64,000 nt of DNA from Nitrospirales bacterium (GTDB lineage Bacteria > Nitrospirota > Nitrospiria > Nitrospirales > UBA8639): positions 544,001-608,000 of the forward strand of contig OY729426.1 in the NCBI GenBank assembly GCA_963422365.1. The letters are read 5' to 3'. Within the stretch, counting starts at the first letter, position 1, and each line of letters starts with the position of its first letter. This document shows positions 21,214 through 31,573 of the stretch, in pieces. Below the pieces are notes generated by a model that saw only the letters and a list, made by a program, of their open reading frames with translations, did no database searches and was not told the origin of the DNA. Position numbers and translations under genes: made by a program.

Positions 21214-21990
21214 ATGCGTCACGATCGTTCCCTGACCCCATCCTCCTCCCCATTTTCTTTCTTTGCGAACATTCCTGAGGGCGAGCCCCTGCTTTCGGCG
21301 GGCCATACCCACGTGTGGCGCGCGATTGTAGACGTACCCCTCGCACGCCTTCAAGTGTATCAAGACTCCCTGAGTCCCGACGAACAGGAACGCGCGCAGC
21401 GTTTTAACATACCTCAACACCGACGACGCTTTATGGCGGCACGGGGGATCCTGCGACACATTCTTGCTCGCTACCTCAAGACACCTCCTAAGAACATCCG
21501 TTTTGAATTGGGTCCCTTTGGAAAACCGTTTCTGCAAGACCCCGTGAGTCAAACTCTTCATTTTAATGTCGCTCATTCGCAACAGTTGGCTGTGTATGCG
21601 GTTTCCCATGATGTTGAAGTCGGCATTGATCTTGAGGGGGACAGGGATCCCTTGGATTACATGAGGCTTGCCGAACGCATTTGTAGCCCTGAAGAATTCA
21701 TGGTTTTTCAGAAGCTCTCGCAGACCAAACAAAAGGCCGCATTCTTCCGTTGCTGGACCAGAAAAGAGGCATTTGTCAAAGCAGTGGGAAAAGGACTCGC
21801 GTTTCCCCTGAGACATCTGACGGTTTCCTTTGCCCCAGACCACCCTCCTCGAATCCTCAGCGTTCTGGGACAATCCCCTGATGGTTGGTCCCTTTTCAAT
21901 CTCCCTGTTGGAAAAGAGTTCTGGGGAGCATTGGCGGTCACAGGACAGCCAGGCCTTGTCCAAGGCTGGGACTATGACCTTGAAGATTGA
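21214..21990 (+). CDS. Sfp-type 4'-phosphopantetheinyl transferase
   Basis: GKP, FNVAHS, VGIDLE, WTRKEAFVKAVGKG. Confidence 0.93.
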   Translation: MRHDRSLTPSSSPFSFFANIPEGEPLLSAGHTHVWRAIVDVPLARLQVYQDSLSPDEQERAQRFNIPQHRRRFMAARGILRHILARYLKTPPKNIRFELGPFGKPFLQDPVSQTLHFNVAHSQQLAVYAVSHDVEVGIDLEGDRDPLDYMRLAERICSPEEFMVFQKLSQTKQKAAFFRCWTRKEAFVKAVGKGLAFPLRHLTVSFAPDHPPRILSVLGQSPDGWSLFNLPVGKEFWGALAVTGQPGLVQGWDYDLED

Positions 21991-22108
21991 CGGGCTGTTG
22001 GAAAAACCTGCCCTGGGGAAATCGAACAAAACGGAGGCGAAGGATCTACTCGTATCAGGAGAAAAGCATACAGTCCAAATGGCTTAGGGCTCTAGGCCTT
22101 CTGTCCCG

Positions 22109-22137
22109 TTGACTCAACATTTGCGGCTGCATAGAAT
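22109..22137 (+). promoter_or_regulatory. Sigma70-type promoter for ferredoxin gene
   Basis: TTGACT-17 bp-TAGAAT. Confidence 0.7.
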
Positions 22138-22200
22138 ATACAATGTCTTACATTGATTGTATTCCCCCCAGACTCTTGCTTGCTCGATAAAGGAGGCTTT

Positions 22201-22548
22201 ATGTCGTTATTGATAACTGAAGAATGTATTAATTGTGGAGCCTGTTTACCGGAATGCCCGAATGAGGCCATCTTCGAAACTCGGAGTGCCGCAGAAGAAA
22301 AAGGGTATGCGGTGGGCGAAGGACAAGGCGAAGGGGATACGGTGTATGTGATTACTCATGAACGCTGTACCGAATGCGTCGGGCATTTTGATGAACCCCA
22401 ATGTGCGGCTGTCTGCCCGGTCGACGACTGTTGCATCTCCGACCCGGAAGTCCCTGAACACACCGAGGTCTTACTCAACAAAGCGAGAACCTTGAACCCT
22501 GACAAAGAAATCGACCCTGAAAAAGTGTGGAGTGGCGTACGAAACTAG
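22201..22548 (+). CDS. 2[4Fe-4S] ferredoxin (YfhL-like)
   Basis: AAGGAGG RBS; CINCGACLPECP and CTECVGH...CAAVCP. Confidence 0.93.
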   Translation: MSLLITEECINCGACLPECPNEAIFETRSAAEEKGYAVGEGQGEGDTVYVITHERCTECVGHFDEPQCAAVCPVDDCCISDPEVPEHTEVLLNKARTLNPDKEIDPEKVWSGVRN

Positions 22549-22572
22549 ATTAGTCTCACACGCGAGACAACA

Positions 22573-22618
22573 AAACCACGAAGCCCCATTTTCGTATGAA
22601 GATGGGGCTTCGTGGTTT
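22573..22618. terminator. Bidirectional intrinsic terminator between ferredoxin and smc
   Basis: AAACCACGAAGCCCCAT...ATGGGGCTTCGTGGTTT 17-bp perfect stem. Confidence 0.85.
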
Positions 22619-22653
22619 CTCACTCTGGGCAAAAATCGCTTGCCCCCTCGCCA

Positions 22654-25600
22654 TTACACTTTCTCGAAATCCGCGATTCGCACGGAAACAAATTTTGAGA
22701 CACCAGGCTCCTCCATGGTCACCCCAAACAGGGAATCGGCGACTTCCATCGTGCGTTTATTGTGCGTGATCACAAGAAACTGCGAAAGCGGGGCTAACTG
22801 AGGCAGGAATCGAGCAAACCGAACCACGTTTGGTTCATCCAAGGGGGCATCGACCTCATCTAAAATACAAAACGGCGACGGCTTCGTCAGAAAACTGGCA
22901 AACAGCAGGGCCAACACGGTCAGGGTTTTTTCTCCGCCGGATAACATCGTCAAGTTTTTGAGACGTTTTCCAGGAGGCTGCGCGATGATATCGACGCCGG
23001 GCTCCATCCCTATCTCTTCCTCTTGTTCTTCCGGATCCGGCTGGACTAACACCAACTCCGCCTGTCCGCCGGCAAAAAAGGCCGAAAAGACTCCTCCAAA
23101 TTTTTCCTGGAGCGCCTCAAATGTCTGCTGAAACATTTGATTGGTCGTCCGATTGAGGCGTCCGATGATTTCTTGAAGCGAGTGTATCGATTCCGACAAA
23201 TCCTCCTCCTGTTTGTTGAGAAACTGATACCGCTGCTCTAATGCTCGATGCTCGTCAATCGCGGCTAGATTCAATGCCCCCATGCGATCGATCCTAGTCC
23301 GAATGGTCTGCAGCCTTTCCCTCCAAGCCTCAGGCTCTTCGCCTTCGGCCCCAGGGTCTTGGGAAGCCTCAGACTTCAGCCTGCCTTCGCCACGTTCGTC
23401 GATGGATTCCCCATAGGTGCCGGTCAAGGTTTCCTCAACGGTTTGCATTCGCGTCCGGATTTCAGCAAGCTGAACGTCTGATTCTCGCCGCGTTTCCCTG
23501 GCCGAGGAAAAATGGTTTCGATTCTCATTCAGACCGTGTTCATATTCCCGAGTCTGTTCAAGGCCGTTGGCATGTCGCTCCTCGACGGCACGAAGCTGAC
23601 CCTGCAAGATCGTCTTCTTTGCATCCAATTCCCGAAACCCTGCATCCGCTCGCTGATGTTCTTCCTGGCTCTGCCTGATTTGAGTCTGAAGACACTCAAT
23701 TTGCTCAGCAAGACTCTGGAGCCGTGCTCGTCGGCCGCGATCCTCCTCTTGTAATCGGTCTAAATCCGCCCGCGATCGATCATGCCGTTCTCGATACGTG
23801 GTTAAGGTTAACCGCGTCTCCGTCAATCGGTCATAGAGAACTCGTGTGGCTTCTTCTACTGCTTGAAGTTGCGTGGTCAGCGCCTCAAGCCGTTGTGTTT
23901 CTTTGCCCTGCTGTTGCGTGATCTCTCCAAGTCGCGTTTGAGCCAGGCCTTCCTGTTTTCGAACCCGAGCGAGTTCCACCTGACACGAATCAAGTTCTGC
24001 TTGATTCGCATTCAACTGTTTCTCTAAATCTTGCAGGCGACTCGCACTGGTGGACATTTCTTGCTCAACCACGCGTTGCCTCATGTCAGATTCTTTAAGG
24101 GCAGCTTCAAGGGTCTCAAGTTGTTGCTTATTCGTCTCGAACCGTTCCTGCATCGTCTGACGTTGACGGTCAGACTCGGCAATGCGTTGGTCCATTGAGG
24201 ACAATTCCTGTTCTAACGAATGAACTTCACGCCGTCGTTGAAGCAGCCCGCTTGCCTCACCAGAGGAACCACCGGTCACGATGCCTCGGGGATCAATCAC
24301 CTCTCCGGTTCGTGTCACCAACAGCAAGAACCCAAGATCGGCTTGAGAGACGCGTTGGATCGCCGACAAACCGTCTTTGAGAGTCTCCACCAGCACCACC
24401 CGTCCCAAAAGACAATGCAACACCCTCTTCAGATCTTCAGGGATGGTAATCAGGTCGACCGCCAGGCCCAAGACCCCTTTTGCCTTCTGCAGGGTAGGCC
24501 ACGACTCAAGGCTCGGCTCGGCAGAGGAGACAGGAGGCTGCGCAATCACAAAGGTTCCACGACCCCAACCATGTTCCGTAACAAACTCAAGCGCTTGCAG
24601 AATATCATCAACCCCATGCACAACCCAAGCGCGAAGATGCTCTCCTAATGCTGCCTCGATTGCGACTTCATACTCTTGGGGAACCTTCAAGCGTTCAGCC
24701 AACACTTCCTGGACCCCCTGACAAACCTGTCGTAAGGAGGGTTCGTTCCCTTCTTGGCCTTGCCGATACCCCAACTCTTCCTGAAGCACGGCTTGAAGGG
24801 CTCGAAGCCGCGATTCGGCTGCCGCACGTGCGGTTCGTTCCTGAATCCGTTGTTGATCGACCTCCTGAATGCGTTCTTCGAGTTCCAACGTAGCGGCTGA
24901 CAGCGTTTCGTGATTTTCACGATCGACTGCCATGTGTTGGGTGACGCGTTGCATACGAATGTTTTGCTCGGCCAATGTCGCCTCGACGTTTGATCGTTCC
25001 TGCCGACAATGGACTTGATCATCTTGAACATCTTGGCTGCGCCTCAGCAGTTCTTGTTGCTTGACATCGAGGTTTGTCCGCTGAGATTCGGTTTGCGAAC
25101 GCTCGACGGCGAGGTCGAACAGTCCTTGTCTGCTTTGCTCGGTCTGGGTCTGTAAAGCAGTCCGACGCTCACCTCGCTGATGCGCTTCCCTCTCCAGTTC
25201 CGTCAATTGTCCGGTCACGTGAGCCCTGTCTCCTTCAGAGCGTTGAACCTGAGCCTGAAGGCCCTCGATGCTCGTTGTGGCTTGCTCGGAAACCGTGACG
25301 AGACGAGTCTGTTCTTCCAACACTTGCGTGCGTTGCTGGTCAAACAAGCCGGCGCGATTCCGTTCAACTTCCATGGTCGTGAGCGCTTGCCCGATTCCAT
25401 GTTCCAATTGTCGAAGCTCGTCTTGCATGTGTCCGACGAGTTCTCCATCACGTAAAAGCGTCGACTTGGCTCCCTCATACGAAGCCATCAGGCGTGCTTC
25501 TTCGGCCATGAGCTCAGCCTCGCGCAGCGCCAACAGAACGAGGTGGGATTCAATTTTCGTCCGCTGCTGATGCAGGCTTTGAAAATCGTTTTTCAGGAGC

Positions 25601-26310
25601 CGAATTTCGAGGGTACGAAATTCTTCCTTCAGTTTCCGATAGTGCTCGGCCTGTTGCGCTTGTCGTGTTAAGGTCCGCCGTTGTTTTTGCACTTCAGCAA
25701 TAATATCTCGCACTCGGGTCAAGTTTTGCTGCGTGATTTTGAGTTTCTGCAGCGCTTCCGTCTTTTGTTTCTTAAAGCGACCGATTCCCGCCGCTTCCTC
25801 TATAAAAGTACGGCGGTCTTGGGGAGACCCGGAAAGGATTTGATCGATATTGCCCTGTTCGATCACCGTATGCCCCTTGGTGCCGGCCCTCGCTTCTAAA
25901 AAGAGGTTGCGAATATCTTTAAGCCGGCAAGGGATTTTATTGATGGAATATTCGCTTTCTCCATCACGATATAACCGACGAGTGATCATTAACTCTTTGT
26001 TCCCCGGCAATTCCTCCACCACACCGGCTACAGACTCGAGACCTTGACTCGTCACATCGCTGACGACCAGCGAGACTTCCGCCATGCCTAATGGCTTACG
26101 GGATTCCGTCCCATTAAAGATGACGTCTTCCATGCGTTCACTACGCAGCGCTTTGGTACTTTGCTCACCCAATACCCATAAAATGGCATCCACGATATTA
26201 CTTTTCCCTACCCCGTTAGGCCCCACCACCGCCGTAATGCCTTGGGGAAAATCAAGTCGAGCTTCAGGAAAGGATTTGAATCCGGAAACCAGGAGGGCTT
26301 TTAATTTCAC
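22654..26310 (-). CDS. smc: Chromosome segregation protein SMC
   Basis: GFKSF, GPNGVGKSN, hinge GRGTF/VTGG, LSGGEK, LDEVDAPLD, ITHNK; long coiled coils. Confidence 0.98.
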   Translation of the reverse strand: MKLKALLVSGFKSFPEARLDFPQGITAVVGPNGVGKSNIVDAILWVLGEQSTKALRSERMEDVIFNGTESRKPLGMAEVSLVVSDVTSQGLESVAGVVEELPGNKELMITRRLYRDGESEYSINKIPCRLKDIRNLFLEARAGTKGHTVIEQGNIDQILSGSPQDRRTFIEEAAGIGRFKKQKTEALQKLKITQQNLTRVRDIIAEVQKQRRTLTRQAQQAEHYRKLKEEFRTLEIRLLKNDFQSLHQQRTKIESHLVLLALREAELMAEEARLMASYEGAKSTLLRDGELVGHMQDELRQLEHGIGQALTTMEVERNRAGLFDQQRTQVLEEQTRLVTVSEQATTSIEGLQAQVQRSEGDRAHVTGQLTELEREAHQRGERRTALQTQTEQSRQGLFDLAVERSQTESQRTNLDVKQQELLRRSQDVQDDQVHCRQERSNVEATLAEQNIRMQRVTQHMAVDRENHETLSAATLELEERIQEVDQQRIQERTARAAAESRLRALQAVLQEELGYRQGQEGNEPSLRQVCQGVQEVLAERLKVPQEYEVAIEAALGEHLRAWVVHGVDDILQALEFVTEHGWGRGTFVIAQPPVSSAEPSLESWPTLQKAKGVLGLAVDLITIPEDLKRVLHCLLGRVVLVETLKDGLSAIQRVSQADLGFLLLVTRTGEVIDPRGIVTGGSSGEASGLLQRRREVHSLEQELSSMDQRIAESDRQRQTMQERFETNKQQLETLEAALKESDMRQRVVEQEMSTSASRLQDLEKQLNANQAELDSCQVELARVRKQEGLAQTRLGEITQQQGKETQRLEALTTQLQAVEEATRVLYDRLTETRLTLTTYRERHDRSRADLDRLQEEDRGRRARLQSLAEQIECLQTQIRQSQEEHQRADAGFRELDAKKTILQGQLRAVEERHANGLEQTREYEHGLNENRNHFSSARETRRESDVQLAEIRTRMQTVEETLTGTYGESIDERGEGRLKSEASQDPGAEGEEPEAWRERLQTIRTRIDRMGALNLAAIDEHRALEQRYQFLNKQEEDLSESIHSLQEIIGRLNRTTNQMFQQTFEALQEKFGGVFSAFFAGGQAELVLVQPDPEEQEEEIGMEPGVDIIAQPPGKRLKNLTMLSGGEKTLTVLALLFASFLTKPSPFCILDEVDAPLDEPNVVRFARFLPQLAPLSQFLVITHNKRTMEVADSLFGVTMEEPGVSKFVSVRIADFEKV

Positions 26311-26396
26311 AGGAAACTCTCAGCGGGATGAAGGTGATGGAACAACACGGACTCGTGTTGAAACTGTACCACAGAAGACAAAAAAATAAAACTTTT

Positions 26397-26443
26397 ATAC
26401 TAAATAGTGTAGAGTGATTGGAACGGTCCCATACATCTTGTGG
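26397..26443. promoter_or_regulatory. Tandem NrdR-box-like sites upstream of smc
   Basis: ATACTAAATAGTGTAG (26397-26412) and CCCATACATCTTGTGG (26428-26443), 31 bp apart; 11/16 and 10/16 to acaCwAtATaTwGtgt. Confidence 0.5.
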
Positions 26444-26479
26444 GTCTTCCGTAGAGACGGAAAACGGCTGGAATCGAGA

Positions 26480-27445
26480 CTAGACGACAGCCTTAGTCTT
26501 TTGGTTTCGCTTTTGGCCAGGCATGACCAATTCTTTGGGAAGCAGAAATTCGACATCTTCCGCGATGACGGTCAGTTCTTCGACCTCTGTGGCCCCAACT
26601 CCTTTGAGGTACGACACCACTTCAGTAACGAGAATTTCCGGCGCAGAGGCTCCAGCCGTGATACCGATGGCTTCCACCCCCTTGAGCCACTCATGCCGGA
26701 TGTCTTGATAGGAATCAATGAGATAGGCGGGGATCGAACATCGTTCGGCCAATTCACGAAGCCTATTGGAGTTTGAACTATTGGGAGATCCAATGACCAA
26801 GATCAAATCGACAAATTTGGCCAACTCTTTCACGGCATTTTGCCGATTTTGCGTGGCATAACAAATATCTTCTTGATGCGGACCTTTGATGCCCGGAAAT
26901 CGCCGATTGAGCGCTTCGACAATTTCACGGCATTCATCCACACTTAACGTCGTTTGTGTGACATAGGACAAATGGGCGGTATTTTCAACCTCAAGTTTTG
27001 TGACATCTTCGACGGAAGACACTAAATGAAATTTATCCGGAATTTGTCCCAGTGTTCCAACAACCTCAGGATGGCCGGAATGGCCGATGAGAATGAGCTC
27101 GTAGTTATTGGTGTAATCGCGATTGACTTCATTGTGGACTTTGATCACCAAGGGACACGTCGCATCGATGACTTTCAAATGGCGGCGGCGCGCCTCTTCC
27201 CACACCTGTTGGGCCACCCCATGGGCGCTGAAAATCACCAACGCGCCATCCGGCACTTCATCCAGTTCCTCTACAAACACCGCGCCTCGTTCACGAAGAG
27301 AATTGACGACGTGCCGGCTGTGCACGATTTCATGTCGCACGTAAATCGGAGCGCCATACCGTTTCAGCGACCATTCTACGATCTCAATGGCCCTATCAAC
27401 GCCGGCACAAAAGCCCCGTGGATTGGCGAGATAGATCTTTTTCAC
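26480..27445 (-). CDS. ispH: 4-hydroxy-3-methylbut-2-enyl diphosphate reductase
   Basis: [48 protein letters not shown] start 27445 with GAGGGG RBS. Confidence 0.97.
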   Translation of the reverse strand: MKKIYLANPRGFCAGVDRAIEIVEWSLKRYGAPIYVRHEIVHSRHVVNSLRERGAVFVEELDEVPDGALVIFSAHGVAQQVWEEARRRHLKVIDATCPLVIKVHNEVNRDYTNNYELILIGHSGHPEVVGTLGQIPDKFHLVSSVEDVTKLEVENTAHLSYVTQTTLSVDECREIVEALNRRFPGIKGPHQEDICYATQNRQNAVKELAKFVDLILVIGSPNSSNSNRLRELAERCSIPAYLIDSYQDIRHEWLKGVEAIGITAGASAPEILVTEVVSYLKGVGATEVEELTVIAEDVEFLLPKELVMPGQKRNQKTKAVV

Positions 27446-27597
27446 TCTGACCCCCTCAGAGTCTATCGGAAATCGGGCTAGTGAAGGACTCATGTCACAT
27501 CCCCTGCTCCAACAAGCAGGATTGTGAAAGCTGATTGACATTATGGCATGAATTGAGGATTCGTCAACTAGGCAATGGACCGGCCCGTACAGACGCA

Positions 27598-28617
27598 TTA
27601 CCATTGAATTAAGGCCGTGCCCCACGTGAATCCTCCACCAAACGCTCCAAGAAGAATGAGATCGCCTTCACCAAATTTCCCCTGCCGGCGAGCCCAATCC
27701 AAGGCCATCGGCAAAGAGGCCGACGAGGTGTTCCCAACTTGGTCAAGGATAGAGACCATTTGGTCGGGGCGTACCCCCAACCGTTTCGCAATGGTGTGGA
27801 GCATGCGGCCATTGGCTTGATGCGTAATCATTTGCTTCACTTCAGGCAAGGTCGTTCGGGTCTCACGAAGGATCGCTTCAATAGCCTCTGTTAACCGTTT
27901 GACTGCCACGCGATAGACCGCCCCCCCCTGCAATCGAATACTGTGTTCATGACCTCGAATCGTTTCCTGACTCGTGGGGCGTCTCGATCCTCCCGCCGGA
28001 ATCGTAATCAGATCGTGATAGGCTCCCTCTGAATATAATCGAATATCAATAATCCCAGGGACCTTTGGGTTCGCAGCCGGATTGGTACTCGATACGTCTT
28101 CTCGGGTCACCACCGCTGCCCCAGCTCCATCTCCAAAGAGTATTCCACTCGCAGGCTCGGAACGATGGAGAGATCGAGATTTGACTTCAGCGGCAACCAC
28201 CAAACAGTTTCGAAACTGTCCTGACCGGATAAAGGCATTGGCCATGGATAAGCCGTACAGAAAGCCACTGCAAGACGCCGCAAGATCAAAAGCCGCAACT
28301 CGGCGCATTTCTAGCCGTTTCTGAAGAGCACAGGCTGTCGACGGAAACGGGGTATCCGGGGAAGTGGTCGACACCAAGATGGCATCCATTGCTTCACTCG
28401 AAAGGCCCGAGGATTCCAAGGCCTGCCGGGCCGCACGCTCAGCCAATTGCGAACAGGTTTCGTTGGCGTGGCTCCAATGCCGGGCCTGTATCCCAGTGAG
28501 CCGAAAGACATGTTGACCATGGAGCGCAAATTCCGTTGCAATCTCCTCATTGGTCACTTGGCGTTCCGGAACGTACGAACCGGTTCCACAGATTCGACTG
28601 GTATAGTAATGAGCCAT
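27598..28617 (-). CDS. fabH: Beta-ketoacyl-ACP synthase III
   Basis: DLAASCSGF (Cys), [26 protein letters not shown]. Confidence 0.93.
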   Translation of the reverse strand: MAHYYTSRICGTGSYVPERQVTNEEIATEFALHGQHVFRLTGIQARHWSHANETCSQLAERAARQALESSGLSSEAMDAILVSTTSPDTPFPSTACALQKRLEMRRVAAFDLAASCSGFLYGLSMANAFIRSGQFRNCLVVAAEVKSRSLHRSEPASGILFGDGAGAAVVTREDVSSTNPAANPKVPGIIDIRLYSEGAYHDLITIPAGGSRRPTSQETIRGHEHSIRLQGGAVYRVAVKRLTEAIEAILRETRTTLPEVKQMITHQANGRMLHTIAKRLGVRPDQMVSILDQVGNTSSASLPMALDWARRQGKFGEGDLILLGAFGGGFTWGTALIQW

Positions 28618-28749
28618 TGACTGTTACCTGTTTGGGTTAGATCACAGAGAGCAGGCTCCCCTGCTCATCAAGCCACAAATCTTGTCTTCATGGTCAGAAC
28701 TTTGCTATGGTTCATCCCTAGATTTACCTTTCTAAGTATTTCAACTCAT

Positions 28750-29727
28750 ATGCTTACGCACGTGTTTCGCCATCCAATCACGATATTCATCATATCCATT
28801 ACCGGGTTCCTCACCCTAGGCTGTTCACTGTTCTCAGATAAAGAGTCGCCTTCTCCTACGGCCGGTGCCGAGAGAACCGATGCTCAGATTTTTGTTGGGG
28901 ACACCATCGAAATGAACTATGACCCCAATGTCATCATGAAACGAGCGGAATCGTTCCATGAAAAAGAGGGCTACGCGGAAGCAATCGTTGAATATCAACA
29001 TTTTTTGGACCTGCATCGCAATCACGTCCTTGCTCCGTACGCGCAATACCGATTGGCCCTCAGCCATTTTAAGATGATTCGAACGATTGACCGGGACGTG
29101 ACTCCCGTCAAAAAGGCTCGCGAAGAATTTTTGGAACTCATGACCGTCTTTCAGGGGAGTCAATACGAAGCAGAGGCACGGGTCAAAGTTAAAGAATGTG
29201 AACGCCACCTCGCCCAAAACCATTTGTTGGTAGGAACGTTCTATTATCGAAAAGAACAGTACTTGGCTGCGGCAAAACGATTCGAGAAAACGATTGACAG
29301 CTACCCCGACATGGAGGAGGCCATCCAGGCCAAACTGCAGTTGGCAAAATCGTACAAGAAGTTAGGTGCGCTGGAATGGGCACGCGATTGGGCCGTGGCC
29401 TTGGTCCAACAACATCCCCAACATACCTTACGGGACGCTGGGCTCAAGTTTCTTGCGGCGCTTCAAGACGAAAACCCCGACCTCGTCGTGGCCCAACCTC
29501 GTGATTTCTCAAACCAAAATGTGCTGACGCCCAGTTTCTTCCCCACAACGAACAACACCGCACCTCATGGGACCATCCACCCTTCGCTGGTCTCGCAAGC
29601 CCCTTCAACGGGGACCGATTGTCAACTTGGATCTTGGTGCGGAGAAACAGGAACATTTCCTTCCAGTCCCCTTCCTCCAAATCCTTCCGCATCTGTGACG
29701 TGTCGTCCCGGGACTTGGTGCGAATAA
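28750..29727 (+). CDS. bamD: Outer membrane protein assembly factor BamD with C-terminal extension
   Basis: Lipobox LTLGC; TPR-like YAQYRLALSHF, IDRDVT, FYYRKEQYLAAAKRF..YP. Confidence 0.85.
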   Translation: MLTHVFRHPITIFIISITGFLTLGCSLFSDKESPSPTAGAERTDAQIFVGDTIEMNYDPNVIMKRAESFHEKEGYAEAIVEYQHFLDLHRNHVLAPYAQYRLALSHFKMIRTIDRDVTPVKKAREEFLELMTVFQGSQYEAEARVKVKECERHLAQNHLLVGTFYYRKEQYLAAAKRFEKTIDSYPDMEEAIQAKLQLAKSYKKLGALEWARDWAVALVQQHPQHTLRDAGLKFLAALQDENPDLVVAQPRDFSNQNVLTPSFFPTTNNTAPHGTIHPSLVSQAPSTGTDCQLGSWCGETGTFPSSPLPPNPSASVTCRPGTWCE

Positions 29728-29740
29728 CAACAACAGCGCG

Positions 29741-30490
29741 CTACTGCCCAATATACCACCCAATTCCATTACGTTCGAGAAAACTGGTGAAGCGTGCCAA
29801 GGAATCGACATAAATCATCACACCGACCAAGATCAAGCAGACGCCACTGGCCAGAGAAACTCCGTGAAGGTAGAGCCGAGCCTTTTGAAAATAGTTGAGA
29901 AACCGATCAACGCTGAAGGCGGTTAACAAAAACGGCAGCCCTAACCCTAAGGAATAAGAAGCCAGGAGCATAATTCCTAACTGCATGGATTCCGTGGTAC
30001 TGGCATAGGCCAGAATCGCGCCAAGAATAGGCCCGACGCAGGGCGTCCACGCGGCGGCGAAGGCCGTCCCAATAAGGAACGATCCGACATACCCAACCGG
30101 CCGACTCCTAAAAGAGAAGAGTCGACGTTCGGTCATCACCACATTCCACTTTATCAACCCCAACAAGTAAAGTCCGAAGACAATAATCAACACGGCTCCG
30201 ATTTTTCGAATGATATCCTGATATTCATACAGCACCTGCCCCACAAAACTTGCGGAGGCCCCGAATGCAATGAACACGGAAGAAAACCCTGCCACAAATA
30301 AGAGTGAATTCAGGATAATCGCTTTGCGAAAGTGCTGCCGCTCGGACGCATCCACCAACTGCTCCAAGGAGAGCCCCGTAATATAGGAGACATAGGAAGG
30401 AACCAACGGTAAAACGCACGGCGAGATGAAGGACAAGAAGCCTGCGCTGAAGGCCGCAAACAGGGAGACATGACTCATAGCGTTGATCAT
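29741..30490 (-). CDS. ccdA: Cytochrome c biogenesis protein CcdA
   Basis: GFLSFISPCVLPLVPSY, WTPCVGPILG, YSLGLGLPF. Confidence 0.93.
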   Translation of the reverse strand: MINAMSHVSLFAAFSAGFLSFISPCVLPLVPSYVSYITGLSLEQLVDASERQHFRKAIILNSLLFVAGFSSVFIAFGASASFVGQVLYEYQDIIRKIGAVLIIVFGLYLLGLIKWNVVMTERRLFSFRSRPVGYVGSFLIGTAFAAAWTPCVGPILGAILAYASTTESMQLGIMLLASYSLGLGLPFLLTAFSVDRFLNYFQKARLYLHGVSLASGVCLILVGVMIYVDSLARFTSFLERNGIGWYIGQ

Positions 30491-30494
30491 CGCG

Positions 30495-31049
30495 TTACGA
30501 ATCCTGGAGAAGGCTTTGAATCAACTCACGAGCCTCAGGACTATTCCAGTCCCGCGCCCCAAACACTCGATGAGTCAACGTGCCGTTTCGATCGATTAAA
30601 AAGCTCATGGGGAGCGTTCGTACTCCATAATTCCCACTCACTCGGTAGTCCGAATCATGTAAGATCGGAAAGGTCAAGCCTTTGGATGTCACAAACGGTC
30701 GAGTCACGAGACTCCCTTGCGGGTCGGAAGAGATCGCGAGAATGGCAAATCCTTCGTTCTTGAGATCCTGATACAAGATGTCCATACTCGGCATTTCGAC
30801 ACGGCACGGGCCACACCACGTAGCCCAAAAGTTCAGGAGAACGACCTTGCCGTGATAGGCTGGAAGCGTGTGCCATGTTCCCTGTAAGTCAATGAGTTGA
30901 AAATCGGGAGCCAGGGACCCGATTTCCGGTCTGGACCGGAGGACAACGGTATTTCCAGAGGGTGCGTCTTGACTCCCATCTGAATACCCTGAATCACAGG
31001 TTCCTCCCAACAGAACAACCAGTGCCAGAGCTAACCTGTAGCGGCGCAT
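30495..31049 (-). CDS. TlpA/ResA-family thiol-disulfide oxidoreductase
   Basis: APDFQL, LLNFWATWCGPCRVEMP, YGVRTLPMSFLID; start uncertain (ORF open to 31157). Confidence 0.9.
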   Translation of the reverse strand: MRRYRLALALVVLLGGTCDSGYSDGSQDAPSGNTVVLRSRPEIGSLAPDFQLIDLQGTWHTLPAYHGKVVLLNFWATWCGPCRVEMPSMDILYQDLKNEGFAILAISSDPQGSLVTRPFVTSKGLTFPILHDSDYRVSGNYGVRTLPMSFLIDRNGTLTHRVFGARDWNSPEARELIQSLLQDS

Positions 31050-31119
31050 CCCTGCTCGACGGCAGGGACATGCCTCATGCGCCGACCCTGGATCACAGGC
31101 TACCCCCAACAGAACAACC
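30986..31119. repeat. Imperfect 35-bp direct repeat (duplicated signal-peptide segment of tlpA)
   Basis: 30986-31020 vs 31085-31119, 31/35 identical, 99 bp apart, in frame. Confidence 0.8.
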
Positions 31120-31207
31120 CACCTCCTGTGGTACACATTATTGACCCATGCAGTCACCGTGATCCCATTCCCAACTCTTCTACACTGAAACCACTTGCTT
31201 CTTTAAC

Positions 31208-31349
31208 GGAATCTCTGATTTATTCCATTATCAGGCGCATGGCGGCGTGGTGTCCTCGCTCAACCCTCACCTATCTCTGTGATAAGCCTCGGGTTTCGCA
31301 GCAGGATGCCTTGCCCTGCACCCCGCTCTCACCATAAATCAGAGATTCC
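31208..31349. mobile_element. MITE (142 bp), IS5-like ends
   Basis: Perfect 16-bp TIRs GGAATCTCTGATTTAT / ATAAATCAGAGATTCC, flanked by TAAC direct repeats (31204-31207, 31350-31353); no transposase. Confidence 0.82.
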
Positions 31350-31544
31350 TAACGTGTGCGTCTGCGCGACTGGATTGCATCTTATTCAGGAATTCCTGAT
31401 ACCGTCAACCGGCAAAGGGGAAACCTGTCCTGCTTGTCGTAAATGTTCACTCATTTGTTGACAGAATAAGGGGCTATCTATTCTCCTTCTATTGTAGCGG
31501 CGCCATCCCCTCACATGCTTCATGTCGCCGGTTCTCCGTATTTA

Positions 31545-31573
31545 TGGACACAGACGTGCCTATCCAGTATAGT
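31545..31573 (+). promoter_or_regulatory. Putative sigma70 promoter for ccm operon
   Basis: TGGACA-17 bp-TATAGT. Confidence 0.5.

Noticed and set aside
22654..26310. SMC as part of a Wadjet/MksBEF defence system
   Set aside because: Canonical hinge-containing SMC with no jetABD-like neighbours.
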